Source: the human T2T-CHM13v2.0 reference genome, Homo sapiens. Taken from it: a DNA stretch of 64,000 nucleotides. The notes under the pieces were generated by a model, which saw nothing but the letters and a program-made list of their open reading frames with translations, was not told the DNA's origin and did no database searches. The translations under genes were made by a program, and so were the position numbers. Each line of letters begins with the position of its first letter. The first letter of the stretch is position 1. Below are positions 1 to 12,441 of this stretch, piece after piece. The DNA is taken from the NCBI RefSeq assembly GCF_009914755.1, contig NC_060933.1; one strand, written 5' to 3'.

Positions 1-578
1 GTTTCCATCTTAGTCACAAGTGATTTCTTTCTCCTCTGAATTCATAGAACAGTGGGTGTCAATATCACATATTCAGAATATATATTGCCTTATACTTTTA
101 AAATCAAAATATGAACATGTTGTATCTTTTCTACAACATTGTAGAGGAAAAGACTACTTGCTTCAGAGAGTAATAAATATAGTTTATTATATTAAGGTAT
201 TTAATAATTATTTTTTGATGACGAGAATTCCTAGATCTATGATGAAAAAAATTGTCATTTTTTTAAATGAGCATACAGTTATCACCTTGTCATTTTAGGT
301 TGATAATTCAGCATTTTAGTTTTCCTCTACTAACCTCCCGGGCACTTTTCTCCAATTTTGTGCTTTAGTCATAGCCACATAATCCAAGCGTCAACGTTGT
401 GTTGAGGTTGTATTTTACATGTGATTTTTGTTGGTGCACTTCCATTTTTAAACATATTGAGACATTTTAAACATACGAAATGATAGAAATCAAGAATATA
501 TAATGTTTAAAGCCAATATTTTCAGACACCTAAAATTTGGTACCATCTCTCATTTACTCTTACCTCTGTAACTGATAC

Positions 579-900
579 TTCATTCATTCAGTGATTTAAT
601 CATTAAACATTTATTGCACTGCTCTCATCCATCATACACTTTACGAGGTATTTGAGATGCAGGGATTTTAAGAGGCCATTATGTGGTGATCCAGATACAT
701 CAATAGACCATAAAAATGTAAAATAATAATTATTCTACCAGAGATATTCACAAGGTGAAACAGAAGTACAAAGGAAGACATCCTTAAGTCAGCCTGGCAA
801 GGCTTAGTCCCATTCAAGTGTTAACCCCAGATTTTGAGAAGAGGCTTCTTATGAATCTTAATCTGAACTCTGTCTTGGAGTTAAATAAGTTCTCATTCAA
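579..900 (-). mobile_element. L2 LINE 3' end fragment (degenerate)
   Basis: ttcattcattca...aaacatttattgcac resembles the reverse complement of the L2 3' terminus; right boundary approximate. Confidence 0.5.
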
Positions 901-1744
901 AGTACAGCTCTGAAATGTCAGGGCAATCTAATATCAATAGCCCTTTTAGAACCTGAAAAATAATTACTGGCTTGAAAATGTTGGGGGGATGGTAGGTAGG
1001 ATTTGTGTCTTCTTTATACATTTATTCATTATACTTTTTATAGGTTTTTTATAATCCCTGAGTAAATGCTTTGATAAATTGCTTTCCCATGTTGTTGGTG
1101 ATAGCACTTACTGGAAGTCATACACAAAGTATATACATATGCTATTAGAAGGTGGTGCTTATCCAATTTATTCTTACCAACAAGTATTATACACTGACCC
1201 CATCAAAATCCATGTCCCTACTGATATTTTGAGCATGATATCAGCTGGTAGTTAGTGAAAAAATAAGCTCATTATTGCTTCCAGCTATAACTTCTGCGGT
1301 CCAGTTAAAAACTCTTATGTAAGGCCATTTTCAATTGAATACATGGTTTTCAAAAAAAAAAAATCATTTGTGAGACAGTTGTTTTATTATGGACACATTT
1401 TTATTTTCAAATAAAGATTGCAAGTAGAAATTATGATCCCAGTTCAATTTTCTATTAATCTAATATATTAAAATATAGTAGACAAATGTTAATAATAAAA
1501 TATATATTCTATCTGCTAGTTTCCAAATGATTTATGAAGAAGGATGAGAAAGAAACTTTTTAATTCCTGGTTCATAAGTCAAACTATGGCTAAATTTTTG
1601 AATATGTGATATTCTTTTACCATATTATTTCCTTTCTACATCTGTATTAACAATTTCAGAAACTATACTCACTGCTGTAGCTCACACGACATCTCCTGTC
1701 TCCCAAAGGATTTCCTGATGAAAATAATACCTATAGCAATCAGG

Positions 1745-1970
1745 TAATGCTTACTTACAACCTCAAAAATCCTTACATATACCAACTCCTCCTATCCTCA
1801 CAGCAACCCTACACCTATGAGGTAGATAATGCTATTATCCCAATTTTTCATATTAGGAATCCAAGGCACAAGAAGTTAAATAACTTACCCACAATCACAC
1901 AGCTAGTAAGGGCAGAACTTTAATTTTGACTGAGGCAGTCCAGCTGTAAAGGCCATGCTGTTAATTATCT
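1745..1970 (-). mobile_element. MIR SINE
   Basis: Reverse MIR core: cctcacagcaaccct...atgaggtag...ccaaggcacaagaagttaaataacttacccacaatcacacagctagtaag. Confidence 0.75.
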
Positions 1971-2199
1971 TTTCACTGAATTAATTGTGTGGGGGCTCTA
2001 GTAATGAAAGGTGGAAGGGCAGTGTAGCCCATGTTCACATGTGTCACTTATGAGCTGGATTCTTCTCTGTTAGAGACTTAAGTATGTGTGTCATGGTCAA
2101 AAACAATTTAAAGGCATAATTTCTCACTAAATTAGAGGACACAGTTTCTTTTAAATGTGTTTCCATTATCCTGACTGTTTTTTTTTTTTTTTAATGCAG

Positions 2200-2218
2200 C
2201 TTATTGAATTTACTGTAG
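2200..2218 (+). other. Candidate 19-nt micro-exon (unverified)
   Basis: Branch-like CTGAC (2171-2175), T15 tract, TGCAG acceptor, exon CTTATTGAATTTACTGTAG, donor AG|GTGAGT. Confidence 0.3.
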
Positions 2219-2273
2219 GTGAGTTGTATACCCATTGAGCTGTCAGGACATTTTACCTGCCCCAATCTCTAAT

Positions 2274-2301
2274 ACAAACAAACAAACAAACAAACAAACA
2301 A
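2274..2301. repeat. (ACAA)7 microsatellite
   Basis: Direct reading. Confidence 0.95.
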
Positions 2302-2534
2302 GCACTCCTGTTATAGTACAGAACAAGAAAACATTTCAATTTGTCATGATTGTTTTGACAGTGAACAAAGTTTTTCATAACTGGCAGGCTTAGCTCAGGC
2401 CAAACCCTATTTAAAAGATGGCATTGAATCCTCACAAAAACTTAGTATATTCATTCCAATTTTGCTTCATTAAGTGATAAACATATAAAGTGTTTAACTT
2501 CATTAAATGTCAAATGAAGCTTTTAATTGATATA

Positions 2535-2990
2535 TAAATATTGGCAGAATTTTAAAAATGATAATATCCAGTTTGGTCAAAGAGGCAGGAAAATAGGTAC
2601 TCATATGCATTCTTGGCATAAATATATATTTATACAGTCTTTTTATAGGACAATTTGTCAATAACTATTAACTTTTAAAAAGGTTGTTCCACACAATTTC
2701 ACTTCAGAGAATGTATCTTAAAGAAGTACATAAATGCCTTGATAAATGGGTAGTAAATAGATGTTAGACAAACAATGAAGTGATGGAAAGATACACATTT
2801 TCAATGACTTGTAAATAGAGATTTCTGGAAAATAGCTTACATGCCTGTCAATAAGTGGGCAGTTAAGTAGACTATGGCACTTTCATACAAGAAAATACTA
2901 TAAAGCTGCCAATATTGTTGAATGAACACAGCAAATTGAAGAACAATATCTGGAGTATAAAGAGCATTTCTGTTAAAAAAAAAAAAAAGA
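2535..2990 (+). mobile_element. Old L1 (L1ME-type) ORF2-end/3'UTR fragment
   Basis: ttggcagaattttaaaaatgataatatccag...caatttcacttcagagaatgtatc...actatggcac resembles the L1M 3' region; ends at an A-run near 2975-2990. Confidence 0.55.
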
Positions 2991-5980
2991 AGAATGAGAG
3001 GATATTACTTTTAAAAAATATATAGTTCTGAATCATTTGCTTTTTTTGCAATTAAAAACAAAGATAAAAGCATAACTTCCCCAATTGATAATTTTTAAAA
3101 TGGTATTTATTTTGGTTTGATGCATGTACTACTTGATTCATTTTAATAAAAATGGATGTACGCTCTTTACATTGATGTTTCTTTATGCTATGCATATTGT
3201 GATTTCCTAAAAACAACTTGATAAAAAATAATAGTGAGAAACCGTTTCCTTACTTTTTCCCCTCAGTTGTGAACCTGTTGATCTCATTATCTATGCCTAA
3301 CAGAAATCATTGAAATCCTTTCAATGTCAGCCTCTTTCTCTTTAGTTGTGAGTTCTTTCCAAAGCTATCCTAAGCTACAAGAATATTTTCTTCTGTTGTC
3401 AGTTGGCTATTAAAACACTACTTTGACAACAAACAACTTGTAACAAATACTCACACCAAGATTGCTGACTACTTATTTCCCATGATTTGGGTTCACTTTT
3501 TAAAGGTAGACTTCTTTACAGCTTGTAGCAATCTGTAGCACGAGAATGACTGCTGCTTGTGCTGTATTTCCATTATACCAAAAATTTGAAGTCACACAGA
3601 AGTAAGATTTGCAAAACGATAAGCAAATTTACTAATGTGGAAGGGCCTCTTAACATTCATTCCAAACCTACAGTTAACTTCTTAAATTAAGAGTCTCCAA
3701 TAGAGCTTTAAGTTGACTTACTCTTTTGTTCACAAATGAATGAATGAATTCATTTTTGACTATCTCATGAAAATCAGGAAAATTTGGGTAATACTACAAT
3801 AATGAAGCTTATTTTCAATATGCTTAAACTCTAAAAGAAAAGTAAGCCAAATGCATAAAGACTCATCATATTAAGATAGGAGGATTAAGAATCCATGCAT
3901 AGTCAGAGATGAAGTATGATTAGAAGTTCAGATTAGGGAAAGGTTATTGTATACAAGGAGGATTCAAACATGTTACATGGGTAGTAGGAAGCCAGAAATC
4001 ATTAATGTCAAATAAGAAAGCTATTTAATTAATTGTATTTCTGGCTTTATTGAAAATGAATTTAGGTGAGCTAAGGAGGTTAGATTTTGTCCTGTCAAAA
4101 ACAATATACGTTTTGTGCTATACAAGTGACATGATCTAAATTTTTTTTTCCTTGGCATACTTACTTTGCTTCTATAATTCCTTTAGCTAGGTGTCCTCGA
4201 GTTGTTTTGTTTGTTTATCTATTTTTCAAGGGAATCCAAAAACTAATCCACATAATCTTTATACTTACTCTTCTGGCATGTAGAAGTGGGGTGTCATATT
4301 CTTTGAAAATTTTATGAACAGTATGTTATTTTTGGCTATTCAAGTAGCCTTTTATTCCTTGACTGATTAGAACTCCATGGGAACTCACAAGGCAACTAGA
4401 GTGGAAATTCAATTTAAAACCAGAGACCTTGATATAAGATAATGATCCCTAGCTCTGCCCTCATTTCCTCTTCTTCCTAGTGTTCTGTCTAGACCTGCTT
4501 CCTATTTATTCACTTTGTCACAACACCGTAGCATTTCTGGCCAGCAAATCTTCTGGATTTGGAACAGGTTAGGTAATTTCAGTGAATATAACTTCTGAAA
4601 ATGGAATTTCACTTTACAGAATAAAAACCGACTATATATTTTTTAAAAACCCTTTATAAAAATTGTTTTACCTAGTGGTTAGAAAATGTTTTCAAATTGT
4701 ACTATAATTAATCATAGTTTTAAGAGTTATTAAAATTATGGTACCACCTCCTTCTAAACCATAGTTGATTTTGTATCTAAAAGTCTGGGTCTTTGTAAAA
4801 AACAAAGCTGCTAGTTTGAAAAAAAAAATCACTGTGAAATATATTTGTCCATATTTAACTGAAGTAGAAATATTATTAAGGAAAATCAGGGAAACATATC
4901 TAACATAAGATAGGCTAAGGAGTCACATTTCATCCTTGTTGTAACTCTTGCTATGCTTTTTGTTAAATGGAGTCCACATTATCAAGTAAACTGTGAAAGC
5001 TAATCAGCTCAAAAAACCCCAGGGCGCTTCTTATTGCTGCAATATTTTATAATGCTTCCCTGGTTTTGGACAAAAAATAATATTTGGTGTTGCAAAGAAG
5101 CATACAACATTTTGTCTAGATGAATTTTATAACTTGGCTTTAATCACCTAAACAAAGCACATGTAAAATTTAGATGCAAAATTTTGTCAAAATCAGGTAA
5201 GGCTTAATTCATTGAATCACTTCCAAATATTGGTAATTGGTGAAGTTTCTATGTAAAACTGGTTCTATGTATGAACAAATTAGACTCAGAAAGGCACCTC
5301 ATAAGCTGATATTGGCAATCCCAAGAAGACACTACATATACAATCAATGTGCACATATTCCTGAAGGTTAAACTTCAGGGTGATCTGAGATGATGGACAT
5401 TGGTTTTGGTTTTTCATGCTTTTTACTTACACGATAAAAATTTGCTCAATGGTATTTGCATCATGGCTCTTTTATTTCCAGTATAGATACATTTATAATA
5501 AGCCATTCATATTATCATAAGATACTTGCACAGGTCCTTTATACATCCTTCTAAGTTAGAATCCTGTTATTCAAAAAAATTATCATATCTTTTCAATGGA
5601 ACTAGATATACCAAAAACTCATGTTGTATCAATGTTTAATATTATTCAGACTATTCTTCATTCAGTAATATCTCCAAACGTCTGATTTCAGGTCCCTTGG
5701 AGTTGTGTTTTGGCAATTGTTTTAAATCATCTAGCACAAAATGGCATGTTTTGTCAATTTCTAGGTATGAATACTTTGCAACATAATGAAATTCTACAGA
5801 TAAAATTATTGACTAGCTCTACAACATGCTATATTGTGTGTGTGGTTTTTTTTTAAGAGTTTATTTTTTAGAGGACTTTCAGGTTAGTTTCACAATAACA
5901 TTGAATAGAAAGTACAGAGAGTTCTCACATACCCCTTGTCCCCCACACACAATCTTCTCCACTATCAACATCCCCCACCA

Positions 5981-6306
5981 GGCCAGGTTAGATCACTGGC
6001 TCATACCAGTCATCTAAACACTTTGGGAGTCCAAGACTGGAGGATTGCTTGAGGCCCAGAGTTCAAGACCAACTTGGGCAACATCATGAGACTCTAGCTC
6101 TACAAAACATTTAACAATTAGCTAGATGTGGTGGTGTGCACCTGTAGTCCTAGCTACTTGGGAGGCTAAGGTGGGAGGTTCACTGAAGCCCAGAAGTTTG
6201 AGGCTGTAGTGAGCTATGATGATACCACTGCACTCCAGCCTGGTCAAGAGAATGAGACCCTGCCTCAAAAACAAAACAAAACAAAACAAAACAAAACAAC
6301 AAAAAC
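5981..6306 (+). mobile_element. AluJ (Jo/Jr-like) with (CAAAA)n tail
   Basis: Dimeric Alu with J diagnostics ggattgcttgag and gaggctgtagtgagctatgat; inserted in the L1MC 3'UTR. Confidence 0.93.
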
Positions 6307-6504
6307 ACCGAACTGGTACAATTACTATGGTCAATGAACACACTTTAACACATCATTATCACCCAAAGTCCAAATTTTACATTAATGTTAACTCTTAGTG
6401 TTACATTTTCTGTTGGTGTTGACAATGTATAATGACACTTATCCACTATTATAATATCATATGGACTGTATTTTTTTGGCCCTAAAAATCTTCCATACTC
6501 CACC

Positions 6505-7505
6505 TGTTGTGGGAAGTCAGGGACCCCGAATGAAGGGACTGGCTGGAGCTGCGGCAGAGGAACATAAATTGTGAAGATTTCATGGACATTTATCACTTCC
6601 CTAACAATACTCTTATAATTTCTTACGCCTGTCTTACTTTAATCTCTTAATCCTGTTATCTTTGTAAGCTGAGGATGTACGTCATCTCAGGATCACTGTG
6701 ATGATTGGGTTAACTGTACAAATTGATTGTAAAACAAGCTTGTTTGAACAATATGAAATCAGTGCACCTTGAAAAAGAACGGAATAACAATGATTTTCAG
6801 GGAACAAGGGAAGACAACCATAAGGTCTGACTGCCTGTGGGGTCGGGCAAAATAGAGCCATATTTTTTCTTCTTGCAGAGAGCGTATAAATGGATGTGCA
6901 AGTAGGGAAGATATTGCTAAATTCTTTTCCTAGGAAGGAATATTAATAGTATGACCCTGGGAAACGAATTGTATTCCTGGGGGGAGGTCTATAAATGGCT
7001 GCTCTGGGAGTGTCTGTCTTATGCGGTTGAGATGAGGACTGAGATAAGCCCTGGTCTCCTGCAGTACCCTCAGGCTTACTAGGACTGGGAAACGCTAGCC
7101 TGGTAAATTTGAACTCAGACGGGTTATCTGCTCTTGAACTCTGTTTTCTGTTAAGATATTTATCAAGACAATACGTGCACTGCTGAATATAGACCCTTAT
7201 CAGGAGTTTCTGATTTTGCCCTGGCCCTGTTTCCTCAGAAGCAGTGATCTTTGTTTTCCTTTTTGCCCTTTGAAGCATGTGATCTTTGTGACCTACTCCT
7301 ACCCTTTTGAAATCCTTAATAAAAACCTGCTGGTTTTGTGGCTCAGGTGGGCATCATGGTCCTACCTATAAGTGATGTCACCCCTGGAAGGCCCAGCTGT
7401 AAAATTCCTCTCTTTGTACTCTTTCTCTTTATTTCTCAGCCAGCTGACACTAAAGGAAAATGTAAAGAGCCTACATTGAAATACTGGGGGCAGGTTCCCC
7501 CGATA
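6505..7505 (+). mobile_element. MER11A solo LTR (HERV-K11/HML-8)
   Basis: Starts tgttgtgggaagtcagggacccc, ends ggttcccccgata; CCACC duplicated at 6500-6504 and 7506-7510; TATAAA at 6885 and 6990; AATAAA at 7318. Confidence 0.9.
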
Positions 7506-9670
7506 CCACCTATTCATTCATCCAAATTTCTTCCTTAGCTATTGGTAACCACCAATATTTTTACTTTTTCCATACTTTTTACTTTCTCTAGAATCTCCTA
7601 TAGTTGGGGGTCACACATAATGTATTATTTCAAATTTGCTTCTTTCACTTAGAAGTATGTTCCTCCATGTTTTTTTGTGACTTAATAGCTCATTTCTTTT
7701 TAGAAATGAATAATAATCCATTGACTGAATGGACCACAGTTTAATTATCCACCCATACACTGAAGGACATTTTGGGTGCTTCCAAGTTTTGGCAATTGTG
7801 AAAAAAGCTGCTATAACATCCATGTTTAAACCATTCAGGTTTTGTGTGTATGCGTATGTACAAAGGTTTTCAACTCATCTAGGTAAATACCAAAGAGCAC
7901 AACTGCTGGATTGTATGGTAAGATATGTTTCATTTTATAAGAAACTTCCAAACTGTTTTCCAAAGTGGCTGTACCACTTTTCATGTCCACCAGCAATGAA
8001 TAAGAGGTCCTGTCACTCCACATCCTTACCAGCATTTGGTGTTGTCACCATTCTGGATTTTGGCCATTCTAATAGGTATGTAGTGGTAACTCCTTGTTGT
8101 TTTAATTTGTAATTCACTAGTATCATATGATGTGAAGCATCTTCTCATATTCTTGTAATATTTGTCTTCTGTATATTTTCTTTGGTGAGGAATCTGTTTA
8201 GGTCTTTTGCCCACTTTTCTTTGGGTTGTTAATTCTTTTACTGTTGACTTTTAAGCATTCTTTGTGTATTTTGGGTAAATGTCCTTTATCAGCTATTTTT
8301 TTTCAAATATTTTCTTCTAGTTTGAGGCTTAACATTCACATTATCTTAACAATGTCTTGCCCGGAGCAGACATTTTTAATTTTAATCAAACCCAGATTAT
8401 ATATTCTTTATTTCATGAATTGTGCCTTTGGTGTTGTACATAAAAAGTGATAGCCATACCCAATTATATATAAATGATCTCCTATGTTATCTTCTAGGAT
8501 TTTTATAGTTTTGTATTTTGTGTTCAGACCTATGCTCCATTTTTAATCTTTGTGAAGCTGTAAGTTCTTTGTCTAAATTCATTTTATTTTGGCCATGGAT
8601 ATCCAGTTGTTGCAGTACCATTTGATGAAGAGGCTATTTTTTTCTCCATTCTATTGTCTTTGCGCCTTAGTAAAAGATCAGTTGACTATATTTATGTGGA
8701 ACTATTTCTGTGCTCTCTATTCTGTTCGATCGATCTGTCTATTCTTGCTTCAATACCACACTGTTTGGTTACTGTATATTTAACACAAATTGGTTAACGT
8801 CAGTCCTGTGACCTTGTTTTTTCTTTCAATATTGTGTTAGCTATTCTGGGTCTTTTGCTTTTCCATATACATTTTAAAATCAATTTTTTAATATCAACAA
8901 AATAACATGTTGGGATTTGACTGGGATTGCATCAGATCTATAAATCAAGTTGAAAAAAATGACATCTTGACAATATTGAGTCATCCTATTCGTAAAAACA
9001 GACTATCTCTCCATTTGGTACTTCTTTGATTTCTTTAATCAGTTTAATAGTTTTCCTCATATAGCTTTTATACATATTTTGTTAGATATAAACCTAAATA
9101 TTTCATTTTTGGGGTGCTAGTGTAAACAGTACTGTGTTTTTAAATTAAAATGCACTTCTTTAATGCTGATATATGGGAAAGTGGTTAACTTTTGTATCCG
9201 AGAAGCTTGGTATAAACACTTATGAGTTCCAGGACTTTGTTGTTGTTGATACTTTCAGATTTTCTACATAGGAAATCACATCATCTGCAAAGAAAAATAG
9301 TTTTACTTCTTACTTCCCAATTTGTATACCTTTTATTTCTTTCTCATCTTGTTGTATTAGCTAGGACATCAAGTCCCATTATGTTGAAAAGGAGCAGTGA
9401 GTGGGAATATCCTTCCCTTGTTTCTTATCTTAGCTGGAAAGCTTCTAGTTTCTCACTATTAAATATGAAGTTAACTTTAGAATTTTTTTTGTAGATGTTC
9501 TTTACCAAGTAGAAGAAGTTTCCCACTATTCTTAGTTTATTGAGTGTTTTATCATAAATGGAGTTGGATTTCTGTTAAATGATCTTCCTATATCTATTGA
9601 TACAATCAAGTGGTTTTTCTGCTTTAGCCTTTTGATGTGAGGGTAACATTAATAGATTTTTCAAATCTAT

Positions 9671-9714
9671 TACCTGGAATAAATCCCACTCACATACCTG
9701 GAATAAATCCCACT
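9671..9714. repeat. Perfect 20-bp direct duplication inside L1MC
   Basis: tacctggaataaatcccact at 9671-9690 and 9695-9714. Confidence 0.9.
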
Positions 9715-12195
9715 TGGTTCTGTTGTATAATTCTTTTTATAAATTGCTGTATTCAATTTGCTACTATTTGTTGAGGATTTTTGCATTTATCTTCATGAGA
9801 GACAATTATGTCTACTTTGTTTTTCTTGTAATGGTCTTTGCCTGGTTTTGGTATTAAGTTAATGCTGTTGTCATAGAATGAGTTAGAAAGTATTTCCTTC
9901 ACTTTTATTTTCTGGAAGAGATGACAGAATGTTTGTAATAATTCTTCAATAAATGTTTGGTAAAATTTACCAGTGAACCTGCCTTGCCTATTGCTTTCCG
10001 TTTTAGATCATTGTTAACTACTGATGCAATTTCATATATATAGGCTTACTTCTTCTCGTGTAAGCTTTGACAAATTGCACTATTTCATCTCGGTTTTCAA
10101 GAAATTTGGCCATTTCATCTAGGCTTTCTAATTTGTGGGCACAGAGTTATTAATAGTCTTCCTTTATCAACCTTTTGATGTCTAAGGTATCTGTAGTGAG
10201 GTTACCTCTTTCATTCCTGACATAAGTAATTTTTATCTTTTTTTTTCTTAGCCTGGCTATATGCTATCAATGTTTTTCATCTTTTGAAAAACTACGTTTT
10301 TGTCTCATAGCTTTTCTATATTGATTTCCTGTTTTCAGTTTTACTGATTTCTGCTCCATTTTTTGTTTCTTTTCTTCTGCTTACTTTGCATTTAATTGCT
10401 CTTCTTTTTTATAACGTTCTAAGGTGAAAACTTAAATTATTGATTTTAGATCTTTTTTCTTTTCTAAACTATATTTGAAATGCTATATATTTCCCTGTAA
10501 TCATTGTTTTCACTCTATCCCAACATTTTAAAAAGTTGTATTTTCATTGCCATTTATTTCAAAATATTTTAAAATTTCTCCTGAAATTTGTTTGGAATGA
10601 GGTGTTATTTAGACGTGTGTTGTTTATTCTCCATTGGCATTTTCCATTTATCTCCCTTTATGTATTTCTAACTTAATTTCACTCTGGTCTGAGAACAGAC
10701 ATTATATAAATTTGTTAGGATGTGTTTTATGGCCAAGAATCTGGACTATCTTGGTGAATATTCCATATGAGCTTGAAAAAAACGTGTATTTCCTTGTTGT
10801 GGATGAAGTAGCCAATAGATATCAATTACAAGTGATTAATTAATGGTACCTTTGAGTTCAACTATGTCCTTGCTTATTTTCTGCCTGCTGGGTCTGTCCA
10901 TTTTTGATTAAAAGGCATTGAACATTTTATATGATGCCATTTTCTCTCTCTCTTTTTTTAACTCTTTCAGTTGTTGTCCTAGAATTTGTAGTATACAGTT
11001 ACAACTAATTCAAGTCCACTTTCAAAGAATACTATACCCTTTCACAGGTAGTATAGGTACCTTATAATAATAAAGTATTCTTAATTCCATCCTCCTATTC
11101 CTTGTATTATTTTTGTCATTCATTTCACTAATACATGAGTTCTGTTTATCAAATACCTTTTTGATAATTTTTGGATACATTGTTACCTGTTAGGTAAGTG
11201 AATATGAAATATAAAAGATTTTATTTGGCCTTCATTTGTTTCTTCTCTAATGGTTTTCCTTTTTTAAACGTAGATCAGAGTTTCTGACCTATATATTTTC
11301 CTTCACTCTGAAGAACTTTTTAAAATCATTATTTTTAAAAGCAGGTTTATTGATGATAACACATTCCCTCAATATTTACTTGTCTAAGAAATCTTCCTTT
11401 TATCTTCACTTTTGAAGGGTGAATTCTAGGTTGGTGTGAGTTTTCTCTCAAATGTTTAAATATTTCACCCCATTCTCTTCTTGCTTGCAAGATTTCTGAG
11501 GACAAATAAGATCTAATTCTTATCTTTGCTTCCCTGGAGGTGAGGTATTTTTTCTCCTTCTGGTATTTTTCAAGATTTTTTTCTTAATATGATATGTTCA
11601 GGTGTAGTGTTTTTTATTGGATTTTTTTTTTCGCATTTATCCTGCTTAATGTTCTGTGTTCCGTGTGCTTCCTGGATCTGTGGCTTGGTGTCTGACATTA
11701 ATTTGAGGACATTCTGAGTCATATTGCTTCTAAGATTTCTTCTCCTTCTGTCTTCCCATTATGTGAAGTTATACCATTTGTAATTGTACCACAGTTCTTG
11801 GGTATTCTGTATTTTTTTTTCAGTCTTTCAGTTTTTCAGTCCTTTCAGTTTTGGAAGTTTCTATTGGCACATCTTCAAGCTGAGAGATTCTTCAACCATT
11901 CTCAGTCTACTAGTGAGTGAATCAAATGCATTTTCATGTCTGATACAGTGTTTTTGAGCTCTACAATGATGTTTTGATTCTTTCTTAGAATTTCAATCTC
12001 TCTGCTTACATCACCTAACTGTTCTTGCATATTGTCTTAATGTTGTTCTTTAGGGCCCTTAGCATGTTATTCAAAGTTTTAAAAAATTCCTGGTCTAATA
12101 ATTCCAAATTCGTGCCACATTTGACTCTGGATCTGATGTTATTCAATTGCTTCAATCTGTGTTTTCCTGCCTTTTGGTTGTAACTTTTTCTCATA

Positions 12196-12441
12196 CAGTG
12201 GCTCAATCTCAGATCACTGCAATCTCTGCCTCCTAGGCTCAGGTGATCCTCCCACCTCAGCCTCCTGTATCTGGGATTACAGGTAAGCACCACCATGCCT
12301 GGCTAATTTTTTGTATTTTTTTGTAGAGTTTGAGTTTCTCCATGTTGCCCAGGTTGGTCTCGAACTCTTGAGCTCAAGCAATCCACCCGTCTCAGCCTCC
12401 CAAAGTGCTGGGATTACAGGTGCAAGACACCATGCCCGGCC
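12196..12441 (-). mobile_element. AluJb-like, 3'-truncated, no poly(A) tail
   Basis: Reverse Alu from cagtggctcaatctc to cccggcc; J diagnostics gctcaagcaatcc and gatcctcccacctcagcc. Confidence 0.9.

Noticed and set aside
2250-2335. Minus-strand exon-like segment (ACAG acceptor, CAG|GTAAAA donor)
   Set aside because: Weak donor and body mostly (TTTG)n microsatellite; likely chance
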